Positions 1 through 13,100 of a stretch of DNA of 64,000 nucleotides are shown here, in pieces. Under the pieces are notes generated by a model. That model was not told the DNA's origin. It made no database searches and saw nothing but the letters and a program-made list of their open reading frames with translations. Source of the stretch: a virus (taxonomy: Duplodnaviria; Heunggongvirae; Uroviricota; Caudoviricetes); the IMG/VR virus record IMGVR_UViG_2778261179_000006, positions 1-64,000 of that record. The stretch is one strand, 5' to 3'. Position 1 is the stretch's first letter; the number at the start of each line of letters is the position of its first letter. The position numbers and the translations under genes were made by a program.

Positions 1-316
1 TGACAAAGTCATCGGGCATTATCTGAATATAAAACACTATCAATAAGTTGGAGTCATTACCACACCAGAGAACACCACCCTTTAATTTATATGCGCGAAG
101 CTCGACTTCCCTTTCAAAATCAAGCCTAGCAACGAAGCTTGAGTGATCGGCTACTAGCCCGAACGCCAAAAATTCCGGCAACCCCTCAACTAGGATATGG
201 AAGTCATATACTTGATCAATACGCGAAGACACTCTCACCGATGCATTATAGGACTCGCCACCGAATAACACGTCAGCATCACCTGACAGCCCTGAAATCT
301 TTCCAGCCAAGTTCAT
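1..316 (-). CDS. hypothetical protein, 5' part only (3' end beyond window); first gene downstream of the recombinase operon, likely island cargo
   Basis: Minus-strand ATG at 316 with GGAGG 4 nt upstream; frame stays open for 105 codons to position 1. Not in ORF track because the stop lies outside the window. Confidence 0.4.
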   Translation of the reverse strand, partial: MNLAGKISGLSGDADVLFGGESYNASVRVSSRIDQVYDFHILVEGLPEFLAFGLVADHSSFVARLDFEREVELRAYKLKGGVLWCGNDSNLLIVFYIQIMPDDFV

Positions 317-352
317 ATCGCCTCCAATCCAGTGAGTAGAGTTACCCTTGAG

Positions 353-829
353 CTAAACACGGCCCGAAGGCGGTATTTCCTTATCAAACATTTTCAGAAT
401 TTTGGCTGACTCGGTATTTGACGGTAAATCTGCACCTTCAGGTGGAGTTTTATCGACACTTGCCATTTGTATACCCTTTTGCCTTACATGAAAGGCTATT
501 TGCTGCCAGCGGCGCTGCCACAGCTCTTCACGTTGCTTGTATGCTTCCAGCTCTGTTCTAAGGCGTGCTAGCTCCACCTGTAGCTGTTCGGCCTCTTTGG
601 TTGCTTGTTCTTTTGTTTTAACCAAGCCACCTGACAATGCTCTTTTGGCGTTGTCATAGGCTGCTTTAATTTCTGATTTTGCTTGAAGTGATTGGCGACT
701 AAACCCGAAACGCTCTTCCAGCACTGCCCAAGTTAACTTGGAGCCAAGCTCGCCCATAGCCCAGCGATCTAAATCAGCAACAATGGTATTGATATCACTA
801 TCCGACATACGTCTGAAACGCTTAGCCAT
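353..829 (-). CDS. small coiled-coil protein, fourth gene of the recombinase operon (ginD-like accessory protein)
   Basis: 158-aa ORF overlapping the stop of the upstream recombinase by 8 nt; charged/helical C-terminal half. Confidence 0.5.
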   Translation of the reverse strand: MAKRFRRMSDSDINTIVADLDRWAMGELGSKLTWAVLEERFGFSRQSLQAKSEIKAAYDNAKRALSGGLVKTKEQATKEAEQLQVELARLRTELEAYKQREELWQRRWQQIAFHVRQKGIQMASVDKTPPEGADLPSNTESAKILKMFDKEIPPSGRV

Positions 830-2831
830 GTTTCACCTCTATTAGATATTGCTCAGGGTCAAAATGCTCAACCCCATTGTCCGCTAATTGGGTTTTTAGG
901 GTTTTAAGTTTTTTATCATTGTGCGCAAGCCAGTCGGCACTTTTCTTTGGCTTTTGACTACTCATTTGCTGCTCAGCGTTTTTGCGAGCAATTGCCGTGA
1001 GTGCATATTGCCGTTTTAGGTCTTCCAATCGACCAGCGTCGCCTTTTGCCCACACATAGTCCTTGCAGTCTGCTGAACATTGCAAATGGCGCTCACAAGG
1101 TGTTTGCGAGAAATTATGGATACAAATACCAGTACCGACATCATGCACCGCCTGTACCCTTGCTTTGAGGAAAACATCCTGAACATCAACCGGAATCGCT
1201 TGAATCTGCTCTGCTATTTGCCCACCGACGAGTCCTTTCTTTATGTCTTGGCGCAGCATAAGCGCTCGCTTTTCTCGTGACGTATGCTGATACGCTTTTG
1301 TGTCTCGTGAATTCGTCCTACCAAACCATTCCGTCTGCAGTAGATCACTCAAACCGCCTTCATCAAGCAAGGTATTGAGTGTGTGTCGAAAATGGTGACT
1401 GGTGAAATCCACCTCGACACTAGCAGATGCATATTCCGCCGCGAGGTCAGGGAAATAGCGAAGGAATGTCGAAAACATTGACTGGCTGCAACTGGTCGCA
1501 AGCCAATGAGCATAAGTGCCACTCGAAAGGCCGAGTGGACGGAGGAAAAGTAAATCTTTCAGGTAATATTCTTTACCGAATTGATCGGTATGAATGGCCG
1601 AGAGACAGGCACCCGAAAAATCACGGGCACAGTACTTTTTCAAACCTTCCTTATTCGTGAAATGAATGGGGTTTCGTGGGCGTTGCCCTTGTTTGGTTCG
1701 CGCATCGACGTCTGGCCAAGCTAGGTTTTGTTTACGAAGCCAACCCGTTGACGTTAATCCTGTATCACTAATCCCTAATTCCTTTATATCGCTAGCATAG
1801 AGCCGCTGTTCACTCGGAATTTGCTCCAAAAAGCGTAAATCCGGCCCACGTGTTTTATGCATCTCTTCTGCCGTCTCGCGAGCCGCAGCGGTGAGATCTG
1901 CTAATTCATTGAGCACTTCTTCAACGATAGGTTTCACCTCTGATGGTAGGTACAATTTGCGTTTCGGAGTGAATACATCTCCTCGACTTGTTTTACGCGG
2001 GAAGTACTCGATATAACCGTTCCCTTCGTCATCAACAGACAGTGTTTGATTTGGTAAAAGTGAAACCTCACTAAACCGTCGCCCCGTGCACGCAAGCAAA
2101 GTCAATAACAAAACATACAGCCGGTATTTATGAATTTTCGGTACATTTTGATAAAGCTCTCCCATTACACGGAATACTTTTGGATCAACCAATTTGTCCG
2201 ATTTGGTCTCAATAACCTCTGGATCATCAAGCCGCTTGTGGCTTAAACCGTCCGTGCTCGCTGGGCGCTTCATTCGCGCGTATTTAAATTGCAACAGAAC
2301 CCGGCACAAGCCGTTGGCATCGCAATGCGCTGCGAACTCTGCAATATGTTTATGGAGGTTATATGCGGTCGCCTCGCGGTAATGTTTTGAAATTAACGCG
2401 CATGCATTATCAAGTGCTTCGGGAGTCAGGTTGAGTAGTTTCTGACCCAATTGAGTTGCAGCCGCGGCAACATAACCGACTGCTGTTATGAAGTTACGCT
2501 GATTGGGCGTTGACTGATGTTTTCTATGAAATCTTAAAACGAATAACGCCTTACACACTTCACCCCAACTATCCACTAGAGACTCGGCGCCTAATTTTGG
2601 TGATAAGGTAAAGACAAAAGACGCTGCTTTGATATTTTTTCCAGTCAGCTTCACAAGTCTGCCAGATGTTATCTTCCAATTCGATTCATGCCATTTAACC
2701 GACTCGAAACCATCTAACTTCAAAAGCTGGGCTTTGCTGACTAGGGCTTGTAAATTTGCATTCCGATCGCGTTCTAAACGATCAATAAAGGGAATAACTT
2801 TGGCTCTGCGTTGCGAGCGACCATCAGACAT
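822..2831 (-). CDS. tyrosine recombinase (third of trio)
   Basis: 669 aa; C-terminal HHFRHT...GRTN...AYQH resembles tyrosine-recombinase catalytic box; overlaps neighbours by a few nt. Confidence 0.75.
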   Translation of the reverse strand: MSDGRSQRRAKVIPFIDRLERDRNANLQALVSKAQLLKLDGFESVKWHESNWKITSGRLVKLTGKNIKAASFVFTLSPKLGAESLVDSWGEVCKALFVLRFHRKHQSTPNQRNFITAVGYVAAAATQLGQKLLNLTPEALDNACALISKHYREATAYNLHKHIAEFAAHCDANGLCRVLLQFKYARMKRPASTDGLSHKRLDDPEVIETKSDKLVDPKVFRVMGELYQNVPKIHKYRLYVLLLTLLACTGRRFSEVSLLPNQTLSVDDEGNGYIEYFPRKTSRGDVFTPKRKLYLPSEVKPIVEEVLNELADLTAAARETAEEMHKTRGPDLRFLEQIPSEQRLYASDIKELGISDTGLTSTGWLRKQNLAWPDVDARTKQGQRPRNPIHFTNKEGLKKYCARDFSGACLSAIHTDQFGKEYYLKDLLFLRPLGLSSGTYAHWLATSCSQSMFSTFLRYFPDLAAEYASASVEVDFTSHHFRHTLNTLLDEGGLSDLLQTEWFGRTNSRDTKAYQHTSREKRALMLRQDIKKGLVGGQIAEQIQAIPVDVQDVFLKARVQAVHDVGTGICIHNFSQTPCERHLQCSADCKDYVWAKGDAGRLEDLKRQYALTAIARKNAEQQMSSQKPKKSADWLAHNDKKLKTLKTQLADNGVEHFDPEQYLIEVKHG

Positions 2832-4422
2832 TCTCTTGGCCCTCTTCGCAGATTTTCACAACTTGTGCTACCGCCGATATCACTTCGTCGAGTTGAATCC
2901 CTAGGCGAGCATTTTCGTATTTTTCAAGTCGCTCTGTCCGACTCGCCAATAGGCAATCCAACACCTGCTCATGATCGGCATGTCGATAGGGCTGAAATTT
3001 AGGGCATAAATAGCAAGAGTATGGTGGGTCGAGGTGGCAAACGCTAGATTCTCCACAAACGCCGATATCGGACTGTACCGTCGGATTTTGTTCGTCAACA
3101 AAGATTAGGTGTTTGTCGTCACGATCACCATTGACAGCCTCAATATCGCTATCGACTACTTTACCTTTGAAAAAGTTTAGGTAATTAGACAAGGCTTTTG
3201 TGGTTGCCTTATCAAGGTGCTCAACAATTCTGCCAGCCATTTCAAAATAAACCTGCACATGCTGGGTATCGGTATGATCGAGAATCCTCGCCAGCTCACG
3301 CTTGCTAATTCCCTCAACTGCTAACCCTGTCGCAAGCGTATACCGCAGTCTTCGGGGGGTAACGTGCATCAATTCACCGGTAAGTGGGGAAATTAGATTG
3401 TGTCGTTTGATAAAGCCTCTGATGAGATTAGCTATACCTGTCGACATCATATTGAAGGCGTCATCCCAACGCTTCGACTCTAATGCATAAGAATTTTCGG
3501 TTGGTTTAATAAACAAAGGTCTCTCGATTTCTCTAACACTTCCATCAGCATCAACCACTAGCTTTTTATGTTGCGAAGCGTTGATAAGCGCCACTAGGTG
3601 TTTGGCAATATCCGGTTCCAAATATTCATCCACCATATCGTCTCTTGGCGCTAGTTGCCTCTTTTTAATTCTGGGCATTCGTAAAATATAGCAAGGTGAA
3701 TCGGAATCAGGCGTCAGGTTAATTAAGTCCGTTTCTTTTAGAAAAGTTAGGTTAGCTGGATTTCTTCCGAAAGCAATTGAAAGAGCTATAGCCGCCTTCT
3801 GTTGCAGGTGCTCATACTCCATACTGTTGTCTTGCTTTAACGTATTGATTATGAGTTGAAGCTCAAGAGTTCTATGAAGAGGTCCTCTATCAGGATCTTC
3901 TTGTCTAACTGCCTCCCCTTTTGGATTTCCCGGAATTTCCATCGCTTCTAACTCGTGAGCATAAATCTCCGAAAACCCAAATTCTGGGTAGTTTTCCGCG
4001 CACCAAATATACCACTGTATTGGTCTATACAATGCCCAAAGGCGGTGCCTTTTACGAGCTTCATTTATTGCGGCTTCCATCACCGCAATTAAACGTAATT
4101 CAAGATCATCAATGGAAAGATCGGAGACGAGGGAATAATCGGTCTGTTTCGAGAAAATTGCGGCAGATATATCACTCCAATATTGCACTCCAGCGTGCGA
4201 TGACACTCGCGTCGCTTGATCAATAATACAGCTTTTTACTACAACTTTAAGAGTGCCGCTTTGGATGCGAGAGAAGTCGAGCCGACTGTGTCGATATAGC
4301 AAGGGCAACACCCAAACATCTCCAGCACTCTCAACCTTAACACCCTCACGAGTAAAAAAAGTATCAGGTAAATTCAGCCTAGAATCATTATTATCTCTAG
4401 CTTGTTGAAGCAACTGGTTCAT
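2824..4422 (-). CDS. tyrosine recombinase (second of trio)
   Basis: 532 aa; RRLRYTLATG ... LDHTDTQHVQVY motif arrangement typical of integrase-family catalytic domain. Confidence 0.75.
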   Translation of the reverse strand: MNQLLQQARDNNDSRLNLPDTFFTREGVKVESAGDVWVLPLLYRHSRLDFSRIQSGTLKVVVKSCIIDQATRVSSHAGVQYWSDISAAIFSKQTDYSLVSDLSIDDLELRLIAVMEAAINEARKRHRLWALYRPIQWYIWCAENYPEFGFSEIYAHELEAMEIPGNPKGEAVRQEDPDRGPLHRTLELQLIINTLKQDNSMEYEHLQQKAAIALSIAFGRNPANLTFLKETDLINLTPDSDSPCYILRMPRIKKRQLAPRDDMVDEYLEPDIAKHLVALINASQHKKLVVDADGSVREIERPLFIKPTENSYALESKRWDDAFNMMSTGIANLIRGFIKRHNLISPLTGELMHVTPRRLRYTLATGLAVEGISKRELARILDHTDTQHVQVYFEMAGRIVEHLDKATTKALSNYLNFFKGKVVDSDIEAVNGDRDDKHLIFVDEQNPTVQSDIGVCGESSVCHLDPPYSCYLCPKFQPYRHADHEQVLDCLLASRTERLEKYENARLGIQLDEVISAVAQVVKICEEGQENV

Positions 4423-5600
4423 CTATCGCTTCCCATTGTCAGTTTCTTTTGGTAATCAGATAATGCTTGCCGAGCCCGATCTTCAATTTCTTGAGCAATA
4501 TAAACCGTTTGAGACTCTAAACTTGAGTCGCCACGTAACATTGCCAAAGCTTGCTTTCTACGGTCCTCTTCAAGACCTGCCTCTCGCAATGCCCTTTCCA
4601 TTCGAGTCGAGAATGTATGCCGCAATGCTTTCGGAGTCAGTATTTCTGGCAAGTAGTCCGGATATGCACTCCTTAGACGAGTAAAAAGTTGTGTCAGTGA
4701 TGAATGGGACAACGGGTTGCCTTCATCACTTAAGATCAAATAATCACTAGATTTACTCGATTTAGATTCTAGGCTCTCCCTCATTTCGACAATGTATCTG
4801 TCTAACATCCGTAGAAAGTGGCTACCCTCAAGCGGCAATACTCGACCACTGCGCTTAACACTGGGTCTGGGCCTTCTCTCGTCATTTGGATCGGGTGGTC
4901 TTCGTTGAATAGTTACCGACGAAATTGCCCCAATATTAATATCTTCAACCCGAAGACTAAGAAGCTCCCCTGGACGGAGTCCACAGTTAAGCATCAATGA
5001 TACTGCGACAAAGTTTCGATACTTAATCGGCTCGTAAAAAGCGAAAGAGTCAGCGCTCTCAGGGTTGAGACAATTAACTAAGAATCTGGCTTCATCCTCT
5101 GTCAAAGCTTTTCGGCTAATACCAGCACTCTTTGGACTATTAATAAAACCTTTCTCAATCCACGCGATGATTCGCTTTCTAGACTCTTGTATCGAGTCAT
5201 ACTGGCTATCATTCGATGGTAGAGACGACAAATAGACATCAATCTCCCAGACGAAATACTGGCGTATTGTGGCTAATCGACTATTAAACGTATGCGGGGC
5301 AACAACCTTGCTTTCGATCTCCATGTCTTTTCTCAAAAACTCTAGCAAGCTTCCTCTAAATTCAGCTTCCGAGAAAAGCGCACCGTTTTTTAGTCTCGAG
5401 TGCATGTCGATCCGATGAACGTTGAACCATCGATACAAAACAGACAGCTCACGAAGGTTTCTAATGAGGGTATTTGTGCTTAAGTTTCGTCTTCCCATCA
5501 CAAACTCGTTAGGAGACGGGATTGGTAAACCATCATCATCTAGAAGTATTGGTAATAGATCACCAGAACTGTGTACAACGGTTTCAACTCTCACAAACAC
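4419..5600 (-). CDS. tyrosine recombinase (first of trio)
   Basis: 393 aa; KALRHTFSTR ... QTVYIAQE C-terminal integrase-like box; first gene of a 4-gene overlapping operon. Confidence 0.75.
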   Translation of the reverse strand: MFVRVETVVHSSGDLLPILLDDDGLPIPSPNEFVMGRRNLSTNTLIRNLRELSVLYRWFNVHRIDMHSRLKNGALFSEAEFRGSLLEFLRKDMEIESKVVAPHTFNSRLATIRQYFVWEIDVYLSSLPSNDSQYDSIQESRKRIIAWIEKGFINSPKSAGISRKALTEDEARFLVNCLNPESADSFAFYEPIKYRNFVAVSLMLNCGLRPGELLSLRVEDINIGAISSVTIQRRPPDPNDERRPRPSVKRSGRVLPLEGSHFLRMLDRYIVEMRESLESKSSKSSDYLILSDEGNPLSHSSLTQLFTRLRSAYPDYLPEILTPKALRHTFSTRMERALREAGLEEDRRKQALAMLRGDSSLESQTVYIAQEIEDRARQALSDYQKKLTMGSDR

Positions 5601-5690
5601 CCCTTTGTTTACACTTTAGTCACCAAAGAACTTTTATATTTACATTTAATTTTATAAGCGAACTTTTATAATTACACAACCTTCGGACAA

Positions 5691-5730
5691 TAAAAAGCCC
5701 TCTTTTAACTTTACAGAAAAAAGAGGGCTC
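5691..5730 (-). terminator. hairpin terminator downstream of ssb
   Basis: Inverted repeat AGCCCTCTTTT / AAAAGAGGGCT with A-run on plus strand (U-run on minus transcript). Confidence 0.45.
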
Positions 5731-5812
5731 GAATGCTTATAACACACTAATTTAATTGGTTATTTATTTAGATAAATCTGTAAATAAATTTACATTTAAA
5801 TATTTATCAGGG

Positions 5813-6301
5813 CTAAAACGGAATATCGTCGTCAAAGTCCATTGGAGGTTCGTTATTGGCGTTGCTCTGAGGTTTACCGCCACCACTGTATTGCTGGTGG
5901 TTTTGAGGTTGGTTTGATTGCCCCCAGCCATTTGAGGACTGTGAATCGTCACGGCGAGCGCCTATCATTTGCATGGTGCCGCCCTGGCTGACGATAATTT
6001 CCGTCGTGTAACGTTCTACACCGGCGTCATCTGTCCACTTACGGGTTTTAAGTTTCCCTTCGATGTAGACCTGAGAACCTTTTCGTAAATATTCACTCGC
6101 AATTTCAGCAAGTTTTCCGAACAAAACGACTTTATGCCATTCTGTTTGCTCTTTCTGTTGGCCCGTTTGCTTGTCGCGCCATGATTCATTCGTTGCGATG
6201 CTGAGTATTCCGACCGCTCCGCCATTTGGTATATACCTGATCTCCGGGTCTTGCCCCAGGGTACCAATCAGGATGACTTTGTTTACACCGCGTTGTGCCA
6301 C
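5813..6301 (-). CDS. ssb: single-stranded DNA-binding protein
   Basis: 162 aa; OB-fold SSB N-terminus, Gly/Gln-rich linker, acidic C-terminal tail DFDDDIPF. Confidence 0.9.
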   Translation of the reverse strand: MAQRGVNKVILIGTLGQDPEIRYIPNGGAVGILSIATNESWRDKQTGQQKEQTEWHKVVLFGKLAEIASEYLRKGSQVYIEGKLKTRKWTDDAGVERYTTEIIVSQGGTMQMIGARRDDSQSSNGWGQSNQPQNHQQYSGGGKPQSNANNEPPMDFDDDIPF

Positions 6302-6320
6302 TTATCTTACCTAATAAAAT

Positions 6321-6337
6321 AAATTAATTAGAGCAAT
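6321..6337 (-). promoter_or_regulatory. C1 repressor operator-like site upstream of ssb
   Basis: AAATTAATTAGAGCAAT, one mismatch to reverse complement of ATTGCTCTAATAAATTT. Confidence 0.6.
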
Positions 6338-6470
6338 AATGTATATCTTTGAAACGTAGCTAACAAGTGATTTGCATTATCCTGTGCCTTCTAAAGGGAT
6401 CGAGTCAGTCGGTATTGGCTGTGAATGGGTGTTTGTCCTGGAGCGTAAAAAATTCGCTTATGAGGTCTTT

Positions 6471-7028
6471 ATGAAGGGAAAAACAGCCGCAGGGGGCGGT
6501 GCAATTTGCGCTATCGCGGTGATGATTACCATCGTGATGGGTAATGGCAATGTGCGAACCAACCAGGCGGGGCTTGAGCTGATTGGTAACGCTGAAGGTT
6601 GCCGACGTGATCCATACATGTGCCCGGCAGGGGTATGGACTGACGGGATCGGTAATACACACGGGGTAACGCCGGGTGTGCGAAAAACAGACCAGCAAAT
6701 CGCCGCTGATTGGGAAAAGAATATCCTGATCGCTGAACGCTGTATTAACCAGCACTTCCGGGGCAAAGACATGCCCGATAATTCCTTCAGTGCAATGACA
6801 AGCGCGGCATTCAATATGGGATGCAATAACTTACGGACCTACTACAGCAAAGCGCGAGGCATGCGAGTAGAAACGTCCATCCACAAGTGGGCGCAGAAAG
6901 GGGAATGGGTGAATATGTGTAACCATCTCCCTGATTTCGTGAACAGTAACGGCGTCCCCCTGCCCGGGTTAAAGATTCGCCGTGAAGAAGAACGCCAGCT
7001 TTGCCTGACGGGACTGGTCAATGAATAA
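6471..7028 (+). CDS. lyz: SAR-type endolysin (T4-lysozyme-like)
   Basis: Internal ATG at 6471 gives 185 aa starting MKGKTAAGGGAICAIAVMITIV (signal-anchor-release segment) followed by E...C...T lysozyme catalytic region; ORF track start at 6372 is an upstream TTG. Confidence 0.85.
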   Translation: MKGKTAAGGGAICAIAVMITIVMGNGNVRTNQAGLELIGNAEGCRRDPYMCPAGVWTDGIGNTHGVTPGVRKTDQQIAADWEKNILIAERCINQHFRGKDMPDNSFSAMTSAAFNMGCNNLRTYYSKARGMRVETSIHKWAQKGEWVNMCNHLPDFVNSNGVPLPGLKIRREEERQLCLTGLVNE

Positions 7029-7272
7029 ACTCCGGCAGCTCCGCAGACTTTCGACAATGAAGTTATCGCTGGCGGCGATAGTTTTCGACTCGATTTTCAT
7101 GGCCGTATATGTGCTCAATGAGACGTGGCCACTGGAACCGCTCTTGTATGCCGGGCTTAGGCTGTGCCTGACATTTTTGAGCATGGCCGCGAGATTGATG
7201 CAGCAGAAAGAAACCGCTTCAGATTGTCCACGCCGCGCGGTGCGCAAATATATGGCACGCAGACGAAGGTGA
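7021..7272 (+). CDS. small membrane protein, translationally coupled to lyz
   Basis: ATG overlaps the lyz stop (ATGAATAA); 83 aa with a hydrophobic helix; followed by an intrinsic terminator. Confidence 0.35.
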   Translation: MNKLRQLRRLSTMKLSLAAIVFDSIFMAVYVLNETWPLEPLLYAGLRLCLTFLSMAARLMQQKETASDCPRRAVRKYMARRRR

Positions 7273-7286
7273 TAATAGTTAACGAG

Positions 7287-7315
7287 AACCCCGGCAGCCG
7301 CCGGGGTTATTTTTG
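7287..7315 (+). terminator. rho-independent terminator
   Basis: CCCCGGC-AGC-GCCGGGG stem followed by TTATTTTT. Confidence 0.7.
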
Positions 7316-7319
7316 GTGG

Positions 7320-10050
<2,731 letters not shown>

Positions 10051-10117
10051 TTAATTAGAATAATTCGCATCGTGTTTGAACGGAAATTTAACACTAGTCA
10101 CTTGTTAAGGATTACCA

Positions 10118-13100
10118 ATGAACAAGCTATCTATGGGAGTGTTTCGCTGTTCAAGTGTCAGCGAAATATTGAAATACATTAGGGCAATAACATCTCACCG
10201 AGCGCCGATTAAATACGGCGTGGAAAAGGTGGAAGGCAAAAGCTATGACCGACTGCGCCGTGAGGCGAATCAGAAGGCGATAGATTTGCTTAATTCGCTG
10301 GTGGACGGCGCGACACTGACAGATGAACAGCGCCAGATCCTGGCTGGGTACACCGGTGAAGGCGGCATTGGCGGGTCCGTCTCCGAATATTACACACCAA
10401 AGCCGATAGCTGAAGGTGTCTGGGAGATCATGAAGCTCTACGGCGCGGACGTAGGTAACACTCTGGAACCATCGGCGGGCACCGGCGTTTTTAATGAGAC
10501 AAAACCGGTTGGCACGGTGATGACCGCGACTGAGATCAGCAGTGTTTCCGGTCGTATAAACCAGCTGTTACATCCGGAAGACAGCGTACAGATTTCCCCG
10601 TTCGAACAACTGGCTGTAAGCACGCCTAACGATTCATTCGACCATGTTGTGGGTAACGTTCCGTTCGGTGGTCGTGATAACACACGCAACATCGATAAGC
10701 CTTACGCAGAAGAAACGGACATGGGTTCTTACTTCATGCTCCGCATGCTGGACAAGATAAAGCCAGGCGGATTCATGTGCGTGATTGTGCCGCCGTCCAT
10801 TGTTTCAGGTTCAAACATGAAGCGGTTACGCCTGCGCCTATCACGGAAAGCTGAATTTCTTGGTGCCCACCGCTTGCCTACCGGTACTTTTGACGCAAAC
10901 GGGACCAGTACGGTCGTAGATGTGGTGCTGATGCGCAAACATCCGGCAGAGATGGCTGAGAAAATCCCCCTGGTGGATGAAAGCACTCTTGAATCGGCAA
11001 ATGTGCTTTGGCCAACGTTTATTTCTGGCAAGTGGTTTGAAAAGGACGGCCGCCGGTTTGTTCATGGCACCCAGGAAAAGGGCTTCCAGGGGCGTATTGA
11101 GGTTCGTGCCGACGGTCAGATTGATAACCAGGCTCTTAAAGCGAAGCTGATTCATCGTTTCGAAAGCCGTATCGACTGGTCTTTGCTCGATATGGCTGAA
11201 CCGTCACCGACCGCAGATGTTGTTGGTGAAGGGGAAATGCGCCTGATTAATGGCGTATGGCAAAAATATGCTGGTGGTCGCTGGATTGAAGCTGATGCCG
11301 GGAAGGAGCTGAAGATTGATGTTGCCAGTTATGGCGCGGATAGCTGGGAGGCTCTTCAGCGTAACCTGACTACCACAGAAGGTCGTCTCGGCATGACATT
11401 TACCCAGATGGCAAATGTCCGCGATAAGTACACCACATCAATCAGCGACGATATGGTGCAGCTGGTGGACTGGATTAACAGCCAGCCTGAAAAATACCGT
11501 GAACGCTTGTATCGTGGGGCGATGATTGGCCGGATGTTAATTGAATATCAGGACATGAAGGCCGCCGGGCATAGTGCTGAACAAATCGAACAGCAGCGCC
11601 TTTCTCTGGTATCCCGTTTACAGGCAGAGATTGACCGTTTTGGTAACCCCGGTCGCGGTCCGATAGCGAAATTATCGGGGAGCGGTGCGCGCGCCTGGTT
11701 TGCTTTCCGTGGTGCAATTAAGCTGGATGGCACTATTTCTGACGAGCTGACAGGAAAACTGGTTACGCATGATTCCAGCGCCAGTTATGACTCCACCAGC
11801 TATCAGGACACCCTGCGTTATCTCTACAGTGATCTCACTCGCGATCCAATCCAGCTCGATGATTTCCGCCTTGCGTTTACCGGCGAACTGCCAGCCAGTG
11901 ATGACGAGTTGCTTAATTTATTGGCCAGCATCCCTGGTATTGCGGTTTCACCGTATGGCGGGATTGTTCCGTTCGCCCGCGCCACCAGCGGCGACATTAA
12001 CGAGATAGTGGCTCCAAAACAGGAATTCCTTGCCACACTCCCCGACGGTCCAGTAAAGAACAACGTCCTTAATCAGCTGGCAGCGATCGAAGAGAAGCGC
12101 ATCAAGACGCCAGCAGAGAATATCCGCTTTAAGCTCAATAGCCGTTGGTTCGACCGCTCCGTCATTCTGGAGTTTTTGCAGGAAAACGGCTATCCGGATC
12201 TGCGCTATGTGCAGTCAGTGCAGCTGGAAGGCGACGAAATGGTTTCTGACACCTATCACGGTGGTGATGGTCTGTTCGTCGGGCACCGATACGGTGTCGT
12301 CCAGCGCAAGGATAAAGAAACAGGCGAGATCCGCTACGAGTGGGACCGTAAATCAGGTGAAAACGCGACCGGGTTCCCGGCACAGCTGGAAAAGTATCTC
12401 AATGGTGCGCGTATCGGTGGCAAAGATAGCGCGACGGCGAACGGCTACCGCGAGCAGATGGCACTGCTTGAGGACCAGTTCAATAAGTGGATCAAGACGC
12501 ACGATCGCTACGATGAGCTGGTTGCCAAATACAACGATGTGTTCAATAGCAATATCCCGTATGAACACTCTGGCGATCCGCTTGGGTTGAAGGGATTAAG
12601 CGGTAAGCGCCAGCCATTTGATTACCAGAATAGCGAGGTGCGCCGACTGTCCGAAGATGGGCGCGGCATCCTTGGCTTCGGCACCGGGCTGGGTAAAACC
12701 ACGACCGCGCTGGCGCTTGAGGCGTTCAACTATGAGAACGGTCGCTCCACCCGTACTGCGTATGTAGTGCCTAAATCAGTGCTGGAAAACTGGTATTACG
12801 AAGCAAAAGAATTCCTGAGTGAAGAGGCATTCAGTAACTACCTGTTCGTCGGTCTTGATGTGCTGATGGATGGCGATCAGATTCGCCAGGTGCCGGTGCT
12901 CGATGAGAACGGTAAACCTGTTCTTGGTACTGATGGCACTCCAGTTATGCGCGATGCTCTTAAGCTGGCAGATGAAGCCACTATCACGGCGCGGATGAAC
13001 GCGATCCCGCACTCAAATTACCGTGCAGTCGTGTTTACCAAAGAACAATACGCCCGCATTCCGCTACGTGATGACACCGTAGATGAGCATGCACAGGATA

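Noticed and set aside
139-339. 66-codon plus-strand ORF at window start
   Set aside because: Antisense to a longer minus-strand ORF that has a strong SD and continues the recombinase operon.
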